This document shows, one piece after another, positions 39,470 to 51,685 of a stretch of DNA of 64,000 nt. Made by a program: the position numbers and the translations under genes. The stretch covers positions 5,523,244-5,587,243 of the forward strand of contig CM082597.2 of assembly GCA_040954595.2 (NCBI GenBank), written 5' to 3'. A model generated the notes under the pieces. That model did no database searches. It saw only the letters and a list, made by a program, of their open reading frames with translations, and was not told the origin of the DNA. Numbering within the stretch: position 1 is the stretch's first letter; each line of letters starts with the position of its first letter. This DNA comes from Balanoglossus misakiensis (lineage: Eukaryota; Animalia; Hemichordata).

Positions 39470-41656
39470 ATGGCGTTTACAGACAGCTGGACAAATCTCC
39501 TCCTCGTACTGGCAGTGACAGTCTTGTTCACAGTTTGGTTCCGAAGCCGACGCGGTAACCTACCACCTGGTCCATGGGGATTGCCTATCATTGGGTGTTT
39601 ATTCCGTCTCGGTGAAAGACCTTACAGAACGTTCAACGATTGGGCCACAATCTATGGCGACGTGTTCAGCGTACGGCTGGGAACGGAACTGGTAGTGGTA
39701 CTCAACAGCCACCAAGCTATCAAGGATGCCTTTGTCAGGCGGGCGTCCCAGTTCGCATCAAAACCCACTGGTGGAAGCATGGCGCGAATGTTTGGTAATA
39801 AAGGTTCGTTAAGTCATTTGTTTTATTTTATCATGAAATATGTATCTGATGGGCTGTTTTGCTGTGGTCAGTGAAGCAATCTCGCGCATTGAAAGTCTTG
39901 GCACGATTGGATTGTGACAGTGATTAACCGAACAATGACCAGCGCACATCGTTGTTCTTGTAAATTGTAACTAACAAAATGACACTGTGTAAAATATTTC
40001 ACATGCACAACATAAGTAGCGTAGAAGTACTGTGAACTGCATGTAAACTAAAACATTCAATCTCTGAGATTTTAAACGTTTGAGGTCCAGACATGGCCCT
40101 AGACTGTCTATCAGAGAATGGTGACGTCATTACTGCATGGTCTCGATGCAGTGCCCTTACTAAGCATTTCACATTTCAGTGATTTGTGTACATATGTGCA
40201 TGTGTGTACACGTAGAAAATGCTATACACTGATAGGGATAATATCGTTATGTTTCCTACGTTCATATAGGTATATCTCTCTCATCCTGGCCTACCTGGCC
40301 ACATCTAAGAAAACGCACCATCAATATCTTGCAGAGTCTTGGGATGGCAAGACAGTCAACAGAACAACGGATTCAAGAAGAAAGTGATAATCTCGTCGCC
40401 ACCCTCCGAGAATTGGATGGAAAGCCGACATATTTGAGAAGACTCCTCACGAATGCTGTGTCCAACGTCATATGCAGCATGCTTTTCGGGAAGAGATTCG
40501 AGTACGACGATGAAGATTTTGGCGAATTGCTACGGACAACCCGTCAAGTGACAGAAGATGGGCAAGCATCGCAGTTGTTCAATTTCATTCCATTCTTGTG
40601 GAACTTGCCGATACCATATAAACATAAACTCCGTGTGAGTTATCACAAGGTTGTGGGCTTCATGCAAAGGGAAATTGACAGGCACCAACAGCCAAGTCAA
40701 CACGATCAGACCGCTGCTTCTTTCATCGATGCTTTCATATCACTTGATGAGAACGCCCAGAAAGATGACGCAGCAGACACCGGTTCCCAAACCTCGACTA
40801 GTTTGGCTGAACATCTGCCAGACACCCTAACTCAACTCTTCGGCGCCGCATCTGACTCCACAGCATGCGCACTGTTGTGGGCTCTACTCCACTTGACTCT
40901 GGATCAAGATATCCAAGAGACGTGCTTCAGAGAAATCGAAAACACCATCGGCCTAGAAAGATCCCCATCCTTCGCAGACAAGGCTAAGCTCCCGTACCTA
41001 GAGGCTGTCATATTGGAAGCTCAGAGAAAGGGGTCCGTGTTCCCAATGTCCTTACCACGTTTCATCGCTGAAGACACCCAGATGTATGGATACACCATTC
41101 CCAGGGGTACATTGGTCGTAGCCAATCTGTGGGCCGTACACATGAGTGAGCGCACCTGGGATCATCCAGATAGGTTTGACCCATCTCGGTTCCTGGATGA
41201 AACTGGGCAAATTGTGAACAGAGACAAAATAATTCCCTTTTCATTAGGTAAGTTAGCTTGCGGTAGGTATTACTTAATGAAAGGCATCGTGTTACATTGG
41301 CAGGCCTAATTAATGTTTTCTGTAAGACACCCTTTGGTAAACATCACAAATAGTGTCATACAGGTTATTGACGGTATAAATTATAAAGGCGCCAGTTATC
41401 ATTCCATACATAAAAACATAAGTCTTTTCAATATAATGTAAAATGTTACTTCTTTGCATCAGGTTCCAGGGACTGTGTCGGTTCTGAATTAGCCAAGATG
41501 GACGTTTTCCTATTCCTGTCAAGACTGATTCAAGAATTCCATTTCAAGTTGCCTGAGGGTGGTGTGATCCCGTCTACTGAGGGGAAATCGGCACTTATAG
41601 TGGCACCAGACAACTTCGAAGTTATTGCTCAGAAACGCAGTACTCACAACAAATGA
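39470..41656 (+). CDS. Cytochrome P450, clan 2 (CYP2-like), copy A
   Basis: Exons 39470-39803, 40270-41247, 41463-41656; N-terminal TM anchor, PPGPWGLP, WxxxR (WPHLR), ExxR (EAQR), PDRFDPSRF, heme motif FSLGSRDCVG. Confidence 0.95.
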
Positions 41657-42973
41657 TACCAGATTTGAATAGAAATCTCTCACGTATCAGAAACGTAATG
41701 ACCCTAGCAGACAAATATACCCTCACTAGCGAGCTTGTAACTATGATTTGTCGACCTATTTGATTCATTATTTTGTGTTTGTCTTTGCAAATGGCTATGT
41801 GATATGACAGTTTTTGGAATACTGATTTATTTCGATCGGTTTTATTAGTTTTTGTATTATACATGAACTCATTGGTATGTTTTCGTGATTTGCACAATTT
41901 TCAAGTATTGATGGTATAATTTTTATGTAGTTATTTTACTTCTACCCATCATGACAGCATGTACATCTAATTGGGTATATATATGTAAAGAATTCACATA
42001 ATCCTTACAACCACCAACTAGAATTTCGTACAGAAGTACAAATGCAATGTACTAATTCTCTTGAGAAAAATACCTGGTACAATTTTCGCTTAAGAAATAC
42101 TGCATTTGGTGTAACAGAATAAGTGTGCTGTCCTTTGCTCAGTTAAACAGGCTTTAAATTGCTTTCTGTAATTTACAGGCGATCCAAACAAGTTAACTTG
42201 GATCCCTAAATTTTGGTTTAGTGGTTAGTTTTAAATAAACATGTTACAATGATCTCACTGACTTGCTTCCCTTTTGTGTCAGTTTAACGCCAGATATATA
42301 TTGTTACAGAAAATCAATGGACCCTCGTAGTCTGTACGTGAAGGTATCGTTTAAATGAATGTGTATGCAAATAACAATGTTTAGCTCTTGAGCAGTATAG
42401 CCTATTCAACTGTATTAACCTTACACCTCGACCTTTGAGAGAGTTCAGTTGGCACAATAAGTGTTTTATTGACAAGGTCCAAAGCACACATATTTTACGT
42501 TCTCCCTCATTCTCAAGTCTCCTCCCATCTACTACCCCCCCCCAATGTCTAATCATCTATTACTCCTTCCCATACCTATCCTGTGGACTCAGCCTTATAA
42601 CCAAAAAATGCCACTTCAATGACTTCTATGTGACCCGTACATCGACTTCTACGTGACCCTTTAATCCTGTCATTTTTATATGAGTTTACCGTTCTGAGTT
42701 TAAACTTTGGAACTATCTAGCATACTATTTAATCGATGCACTATAGCTATAAGAAACCATTGAACTAAATTTTCGAATATTCTCAAACAGGGTGAAGGTC
42801 GTACGTAACATAGAATTATGTATATGATGTCATACCAACAAAATACCAGGATGTGAGGTCGTCCAGGGGTCTAAAAAGTGGTCTCTTGTGGATGTAAATC
42901 TTCGCTTGCACGCTCTGTACAGATTGGACATTATAGATCACGTGTTTGCTTCAATAACGAAGAAGCTGAAAAC

Positions 42974-45412
42974 ATGGCGTTTACAGACAGCTGGACAAAT
43001 CTCCTCCTCGTACTGGCAGTGACAGTCTTGTTCACTGTTTGGTACCTTCGCCGATGCAATCACAATCTACCACCTGGTCCCTGGGGATTGCCTATCATTG
43101 GGTGTTTATTCAGTCTCGGTGGAAGACCTTACAGAACGTTCAACGAGTGGGCCAAAATCTACGGCGACGTGTTCAGCGTACGGCTGGGGACGGAACTGGT
43201 AGTGGTACTCAACAGCCACAAAGCTATCAAGGACGCCTTTGTCAGGCGGGCGTCCCAATTTTCATCAAAACCAAGTGAGGGAGGATTGGCAGAAATATTC
43301 GGGAACAAAGGTTTGTTTAAGTCATTTGTTTTTATTTTGTGCATGTGTGTATTGGGTGCCGTTTGTTAACTTGTTATTTAGCTATATTATTTGTTCAAAA
43401 GTTGTCATTTATATATGTCATGAGGGATTCACAAAATTATTTAAATATAATGAATTATCTATAAATAATGCAAGTGCAAGTATATATATACACATCAGTC
43501 ATCATTTGCACAATTATTTATATATAATGAATTATTTTTAAATAATATTATTTTAACAAACGGCACCTCATATGTGTGTACACACAGAAAATGCTATACA
43601 CTGACAGGGTTACTTTCATCACGTTTTGTTCATATAGGTTTATCTCTATCATCCTGGCCTACCTGGACACATCTGAGAAAACGCACAATCAACATTTTAC
43701 AAAGCCTTGGCATGGCGAAACAGTCGACAGAACAGCGAATTCACGAAGAAAGTGACATTCTCGTCGCTGCCCTCCGGGAATTGGATGGAAAGCCAACAGA
43801 TTTGAGACGTCTCATTACGAATGCCATGTCCAACGTCATGTGCAGTATGCTTTTCGGTAAGAGATTCGAGTACGACGATGATGACTTTGGTGAGTTGCTA
43901 CGGAGAACCCGTCAAGTGACAGAAGACACGCAGGCATCACAGTTGTTCAATTTCATTCCATTCTTGTGGAACTTGCCAATACCATATAAACATAAGCTCC
44001 GCTTTAATTATGGCAAGCTAGTGGACTTCATGCAAAGGGAAATTGACAGGCACCAACAGCCAAGTCAACACGATCAGACCGCTGCTTCTTTCATCGATGC
44101 TTTCCTATCACTTGATGAGAACGCCCAGAAAGATGACTCAGCAGACGCTACTTCCCCAACCTCCACTGGTTTTGTTGAACATCTGCCAGACACCTTATCG
44201 CAAATCTTCGGCGCAGGTTCTGACTCCACAGCATGCGCACTGTTGTGGGCTCTACTCTACTTGACTCTGGATCAAGATATCCAAGAAAACTGCTTCAGAG
44301 AAATCGAAAATACCATCGGCCTAGAAAGGATCCCATCGTTCGCAGACAAGGCTAAGCTCCCGTACATAGAAGCTGTCATATTGGAAGTCCACAGAAAGAC
44401 GTCCGTGTTTCCTATGTCTTTATCACGTGTCATTGTGGATGACACCCAGATGTATGGATACACCATTCCCATGGGCACATTGGTCGTAGCCAATCTGTGG
44501 GCTGTACACATGAGTGAGCGCACCTGGGATCATCCAGATAGGTTTGACCCATCTCGGTTCCTGGATGAAACAGGGCAAGTTGTGAACAGAGACAAAATAA
44601 TTCCCTTTTCATTAGGTAAGTTTCGTGGCGGTAGGTATTACTTAATGAAAGGCATCGTGTTAAGGAAGGCAGGGAGTGTGGCTTTCGTTGCCATTAGTCC
44701 CTGATTTTAAACAAATTACATTGACTGTATTAGAATAGTTGCATAGTCCAAGGATATGTCTTAAAAACTGCATTATATTGTACCAATGTCATCTGTAGAA
44801 TAAGAGCACAGTACTTGCATGATGTAAACAGCCATTTGTATATCATGATGTGACTGTCCACTTACTTATTAGCATTAATTCCGCCATTTGTATTTAAAAG
44901 CACATTGTTAGCTTTGTAGCAGTTGAAAGGTTAAGCTTCCAACACAGCAATTCTTGCTGAGACAAAACAAAGCAATTTTGATATGACAGAGTCAAGAATA
45001 TTCCTCTTCTAAGTAACTTGGTTTTATGTGAGCGCCATATTAACGATCATGTGTGCAATGCCTAATTAATGTTTTCTGTAGACACCCTTTGGTAAACATC
45101 ACAAATAGTGTCATACAGGTTATTGACGGTATAAATTATAAAGTCGCTAGTTATTCCATACATCATTCATAGATCTTTTGAACATACATTAATGTAAAAT
45201 GTTACTTATTTGCATCAGGTTCCAGGGACTGTGTTGGTTCTGAATTAACCAAGATGGACGTCTTCCTATTCCTGGCAAGACTGATTCAAGAATTCCATTT
45301 CAAGTTGCCTGAGGGTGGCGTGGTCCCGTCTACTGAGGGGAAATCGGCACTTGTATTGGCACCAGACAACTTCGAAGTTATTGCTAAGAAACGCAGTCTT
45401 CACAACAAATAA
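42974..45412 (+). CDS. Cytochrome P450, clan 2 (CYP2-like), copy B (recent tandem duplicate of A)
   Basis: Exons 42974-43310, 43638-44615, 45219-45412; same motifs (EVHR, FSLGSRDCVG); flanks homologous to A. Confidence 0.95.
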
Positions 45413-47248
45413 TGATGCCCGATTTGAATAAAACTATAAAGTGAAGAACCGTAATGACCCAAGCAGACAAAAAAATACCTCACCAGCGAGCTTGTAACTA
45501 TGATTTGTCGGACGTATTTGCTCCATTATTTTGTGATTACCTTTGTGTATTGATTTGTTTTGATCGGTTTTATTCGTTTTGTTTTATTATACGTGAATTC
45601 ATTGGCTATAATTTGGTGATTTACACAGTTTTCAAGTATTGATTGGTATGATCTTAATTATTTTTATTTAGTTATTTTACTTCGACCCATCATGACAGCA
45701 TGTACATCTTATTGGGTATATATATAGTATATTATATATGTAAAGAATATAAGAACCAATTAAAATTTCTATATACTGCAGGCTTTAAATTGCTTTATGT
45801 TATTTTAATTTGATCCATTCTTGTTAACTTGGAGCCCTAAATTATGGTTAAGTTGTTAGTTTTAAATGAACTAAAGCTATTATCTCATTTCTGCTGAAGC
45901 CAAAGAAGTATAGCAGCCATATATTGGTGTATTTTTTTCTGAACACCAATTATACATGAAAACGAACATGACGAAAGCGAACATATATTTCGGGAAAGTG
46001 TAAAATTGCTTAGAATGACATGCCAGTTTACCACACCTACCGAACTAACCTATTAAGCTATGAGTCAGCAACTGGCTAATTATGGCTTTCTGTCTGTGTG
46101 TATGTGTGTGTGTTTTTTAAAAAGCATGTTGACACGACACGTTCGTAAATTGGACCTGTGATCATATTTCTCACACGATATATCCCCGACGCGAGTGAGA
46201 AATATGATCCCATGTCCTTGTTGTGTGACATTCTATTTCTTACACGACCACAAATTAGCCAAATTCACATTAAAACATTAAAAATTGATTGTAGAACTGT
46301 CGTCTGGCACGATGTAGTTTCTGGGCGTGTATGACACTTCGCGCCATTGGGTAACATTTAACGCGCGTTATTACAGAAAGTGTTGTCCTCCAATCAATGC
46401 TCGCGTAATATACAGCTTTTTATTCTCCGAGTGTGTGCTATCCATTTGTTCTCACACTCTCGATACCAACTCTCTACGGCCAGGGGTGTGCGAATGCCAT
46501 TAACCATCCGGCAACTGGACACCAAAAGCAGAGGAAATAACGTGAAATTACGATTCTATACAAATTTCAGCCTGATGTCGATTTCATTGCATAAATAAAG
46601 TCAGATTATCTGTCAACAAACACAGTCAGTCGCATAGTGTAACACAAACTGGAAAAATTAAATATTCACAAAATTAAATATTTAGTTTCTGTAAAATTGA
46701 TCAAAAATGTCATTGCTCGAAGTCAATATCGTTGACAATAAATTTGCCTCGTTTTTCTATACGAAAGAGTGACAGACATGCAATGCAAATGGTTGGAATG
46801 TTTGAGAAGGGTTAAATTCAACTAATGAAGATCGCGTAGGTAGAGCTGATCTGCGCATGTGTGGTTGGAGAAGGCGTATCGTGAGACACTCTGTAATGAG
46901 GGAACTGATTGGGCGGCCTTCTTTTGTTGTTAAACCGCAAAAAACAAGTCCCCAGCTATTTTGGGCCACGCTCATTTCCTGTTTTGCTGACTCATATGAG
47001 GTAAACACGTTCAAAACAAAGAAAGTGCAAGATTGTTCTCGTTTTTCTTGCATATAACTTGTATTGGTGGGCAGGTATCCATATATACATAAGATATACT
47101 GCATTTTTTTTCGTTTTTCTAAATATGTTTGCCATCCACGACTCGGACAAAACTAAATGAGCGTATCCCAATTTAGATGCGTGAGTGTTAAAATAATTTT
47201 CCATTTAAAAGTTAATTTATGAAAAAAAGTGTCGTCATGCATTCCATG

Positions 47249-47257
47249 TATATAAAG
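47249..47257 (+). promoter_or_regulatory. TATA box of lectin A
   Basis: TATATAAAG upstream of the non-coding exon; homologous TATAAAT near 51324 in copy B. Confidence 0.55.
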
Positions 47258-47753
47258 ACATTACTCCAAGCTGAGAGATGATTTACGAACTGGTGTGCTT
47301 GTGAGGTTACATTGATTGGACCATTCAATCGTACAATTTCAGGTGAGTATATTCAACTCGTTAGGTACATTTACCATTTAAATGCTACTAGTATCACTAT
47401 CTTCTTCTTTTTGTTAGGAATTTTTACCCATCATGGGTAGAAGCATTTATAAAAGGGAATTCCCTTTTCTGTTTCCTAAGCATACACTACAACTATTGGG
47501 ATTTCCATTGAATCAAAAGTACAATTTTTCCCCCATATAACCTCTCAAAGTTGGTAGCTTGCACATAATACAGACTATATGCTATGGGTGTCGTGTTTTT
47601 TGCTATATACTATTTTTTCCACTGTCTTTTCATCGCAGATTAAGTTTTGTTAGAGTGTCTGGCAGTTTTAGCTAAATTCTGAGTATTATCTTCTCCCCTT
47701 GTAAGTTATGTTCAGTTAACACTACAATACACAATGTATTTTTTTTCCAGATC

Positions 47754-49483
47754 ATGAAAGCCATCGTATTTTTAATCTGTGTTTTGCAACTGAGCGAACC
47801 CGGTGAGTTTTAGTAATTTACATATTCTCATGAGCCTTTGTCGCTTTAATGAAAATAATACGTTATGTCTGTATGCCATATACTTTCCCGCTCTTATTTT
47901 AAAGATATGTCCCTTAATAAGGTTGATTACCTCTTTCTCGTAGCCTGGGGTTTAGAGAAAACTGTATGTGAAAGGGAGGAAGCGAACATCGAATGTCCAG
48001 AGGGTCAGAAGATCTCAATCTCGACTGGTAACTATGGACGGACCGACACAACAACCTGCCCTGCCGCGCAGAGGTACTTGTCTGACACCAACTGCCACGC
48101 CTACCATACACGATCCATTCTGCAAGAGCAGTGTCACGGGCAGCGGACGTGCTCGGTATCCGCCGTCAATGCCGTGTTTGGAGACCCCTGCCCAGGCACA
48201 TACAAGTACTTGCAGTTTGACTACAAATGTAAGTACTAACTAAACCAGAAAATACAATTTTGCAATTAGGGCGCAGTCGTCCTTCCATTTGAACATATGG
48301 CTGCATGTAACGACATCTAGCATTGTAGTAACAGACTGTAGAGTGTATGTCTATTATGTTCTTGTAAAATCCACGTGTTAATCAGAAATATAAGAACTAG
48401 TACGTATTTATATAAAGAGTTGGAAATTGTAACACTTTGACATGGCTACACATTATTGGTATAAATCCATGCCTTGAACGGTGCAGAAAAATACAATGCG
48501 TTACAATCTCATCTCATCTCATCTCACTCTCCCCCCCCCCAAAAAAAAAAAAGGTCTTCCAGATGCCATACCGCTCTTCGAATTTGCTGCCATTGGATGT
48601 GAAGGAGAAACGCTTCATATTGACTGTGGCAATGGGGAGATCGACATGTCACAAGGCGGGTTTTACGGTCGACGTGACATCGTGACGTGTGTGTCCGCAG
48701 GGACGTCCACTGCTGACACCAACTGTGACTTAGGAGACGCAGCACGTACCCATGTGCGACAAAAGTGCAACGGGAAGAACGCTTGTGATCTCCTGGTCGA
48801 TCCGTCAGAGTTTGGCTCCGACCCATGCCCTGGAACGGACAAGTATCTAGACCTATGGTACGCGTGTAAGTAGAGAAATATTGCGTTTGTGTAAAGGGCA
48901 TTTCTCAACATTACTTTATATACAGAAATGATGGTTGAAATGAAAGGAACACATATTAAAGTTGTACAGAATGAATATTCTTCTCTATAAGACCGATTGC
49001 TTTACATGGAAAAATATTTACACACTTGTAACTTTTTGTATCTTTGGATGACAACAGGTTGGTAAATCTTCAAATATTGGGTCCAGTTATTACATCCTGA
49101 GGTAAGTACTATTTGCGTTGTTTATCACAAAGTGGGGCAGCTCAATAGAAAATGGTACTCATCTTTTAAATCACCCTGATTACATAATGTGCATATTCTA
49201 TCTGCTCGGCCAATAGTGTGCTTCCTTCCTTCTACAATTGCTAGCAATAGTTCTAAGCAACTAAAGCAGCCAAAAAAATGATAAATTCTTCAGATACAGT
49301 CCAATAAAATACACTTTTCTGGCTCAAGCATGGTTTCATTGCATCATGTAAAGGAGTAAAGCTGGGGCTTTCCCGTATGTTTTCCACTGAGTAAGAGTAT
49401 CATGTTATTTTACATCTAAATAACATATAAACGTACGTTATTTTCTTTTTACAGGTCTTGAAAAACTCACCCGAAGAATATAA
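47754..49483 (+). CDS. Secreted rhamnose/galactose-binding lectin (SUEL/RBL), two CRDs, copy A
   Basis: Coding exons 47754-47802 (signal MKAIVFLICVLQLSEP), 47944-48228, 48554-48865, 49455-49483; YGR and DPCPGTxKYL motifs in both domains; non-coding first exon ends at 47342. Confidence 0.9.
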
Positions 49484-49533
49484 ATGGACGATGCCTTATT
49501 TTCGATTGCTTCCTGAAATAGACAAAAATTAAA

Positions 49534-50100
49534 CACTCCCAACGATGTGCCATATGCTTCATAACAACCAATTTATCTAACCCTTAACACACAAGATCTA
49601 CATTTGTATGAAAAAAGTTTTCTCTGTTAAACATAGAAATAAAGCATAACGTGTTAAGAGTATAGCTTGGGTTAAATAAATTAATGTTGTGCCAAAAAGC
49701 CAATTATATGCATTGACGAAAGACAACACTCCCAACGCTGTGCCATATGCTTCATGACAACAAATTTATTTAACCCTTAACACACAAGATCTACATATGC
49801 ATAAACAATGTTTTCTCTGTTAAACATAGAAATAAAGCATAACGTGTTAAGAGTATAGCTTGGGTTAAATAAATTAATGTTGTGCCAAAAAGCCAATTTT
49901 ATGCATTGACGAAAGACAACACTCCCAACGCTGCGCCATATGCTTCATGACAACCAATTTATTTAACCCTTAACACACAAGATCTACATATGCATAAACA
50001 ATGTTTTCTCTGTTAAACATAGAAATAAAGCATAACGTGTTAAGAGTATAGCTTGTATGGTATGTGAATAGGTCAATTATATGCATTGACGAAAGACAGC
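49534..50100. repeat. ~193-bp tandem triplication in the lectin A 3' region
   Basis: cactcccaacg.tg.gccatatgcttc starts near 49534, 49726 and 49920; each unit contains AATAAA. Confidence 0.92.
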
Positions 50101-51685
50101 ACTATAAAAAGAATACAATTCAAAACTACTTTGACATAAGACGCAGGATACAACAGAAATCCGCTCTAACACAAAATGTGACGTATACATTTTCTAACCT
50201 AATAGAAAGCCAGAAAGCGAGAATATATTTTAGGAAAATGTAAAATGGGAATGACATGCCAGTTTACCCCACCCCTCGAACCATCCATTCAGCTATGAAT
50301 CAGCCGCTGGCTAATTATGGCTTTTTCTGTTTAAAAAGCATTGACATGACACGTTCGTTGAATAATAGATTCGCACACTCCCAGGGGCCTGTGATCATAT
50401 TTCTCACACGATATATCCCCAACGAAAGTGAGAAATATGATCCCAGGTACTTGGTGTGTGACATACCATTTCTCAAACGACCACAAACTTGCCAAACTCA
50501 CATGAGAAACATTAAATAATTGACTGGAACGTTCGTCTGGCAAGATATAGTTTCTGACCCTTTATTACACATCGCGCCATTGGATAACATTAAGCACGCG
50601 TTATTACAGAACGTGTTGTCATCCAATCAACGCTCGCGTAATATATAGAGCTTTCGATTTTGCAGGTGTGTGGGATCGATTTGTTCCCACACTATCGATG
50701 CCAACTCTCTGCGGCCAGGGGTGTGAGAATGCCATTACCGTCGTCCATCCGGCAACTGGACACCAAAAGCAGAGGAAATAACTTGAAATTACGAGTCTAC
50801 ACCAATTTCAGCCTGCTGTCGATTTCGTTGCATAAATAAAGTCAGATTATCTGTCAACAAACAAAGTCGGTCGCAAATTAAATCTATAGTTTATGTAAAA
50901 TTGATCCAACATTTATTGCACTAAGTAAACATCAGTGACGACAAATCTGCCTCGTTTTTCATGTCCATTTCTAATTTCTACATGGACGAAAAAGTGACTG
51001 CAGTGCAAACGGTTGTAATATTAACTTTTAGAAGGGTTAAATTCAACTAAAGAAGATCACGTAGGTATAGAGCTTCTCTGCGCATGTGTGGATGGTGAAG
51101 GCGTATCACGAGACCCTCTGTATACGTGAAATGGGGGAACTGGTCGGCCTTCTTTTGATGTTAATGCGCTCGGCTATTTTGAGCCACGCTTAATAACTTT
51201 TTTGCTGGCTCATATGAGATAAAAACATTAGAATGAGCGCATTCCAATTTGGATGTGTGTGTTAATATAAATTTCAATTTAAAATTATTTATGGAAAATA
51301 TGTGTCACCATGCCCTCCGCGTGTATAAATACATGTATATTACTCTGTGCAGAGAGGTGTTTTATGATTAACTGCTGTGCGCTTGTTAGGTTGAGTTACT
51401 TGGGCCATTCGATCGTAAAATTTCAGGTGAGTGTGTCCAACATGTAAGGTACATGTGGTTTGAGTGCTAGAAATTCAGTCGCGTCCTCCACCATGTTCTC
51501 ATGACGCAAAAGGGGAAAGTGCTAAATTTTATCTGTATTAATCTTTCAAACATAAACAATCCTTTGCCATTTTGTGCTGGATGCCATGCGATGCGGTTGA
51601 CGACGTTCTCGTGTAATTCAGATCCAGTTCATGTAAGTCATGTCCAGTTAACACTACAATGCACAATGTCTCTTTTTTCCAGATC

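Noticed and set aside
40329-41309. CYP ORFs apparently lacking the heme cysteine (pseudogenes?)
   Set aside because: The heme motif is split by an intron; exon 3 restores FSLG-S/A-RDC in all three genes with intact frames
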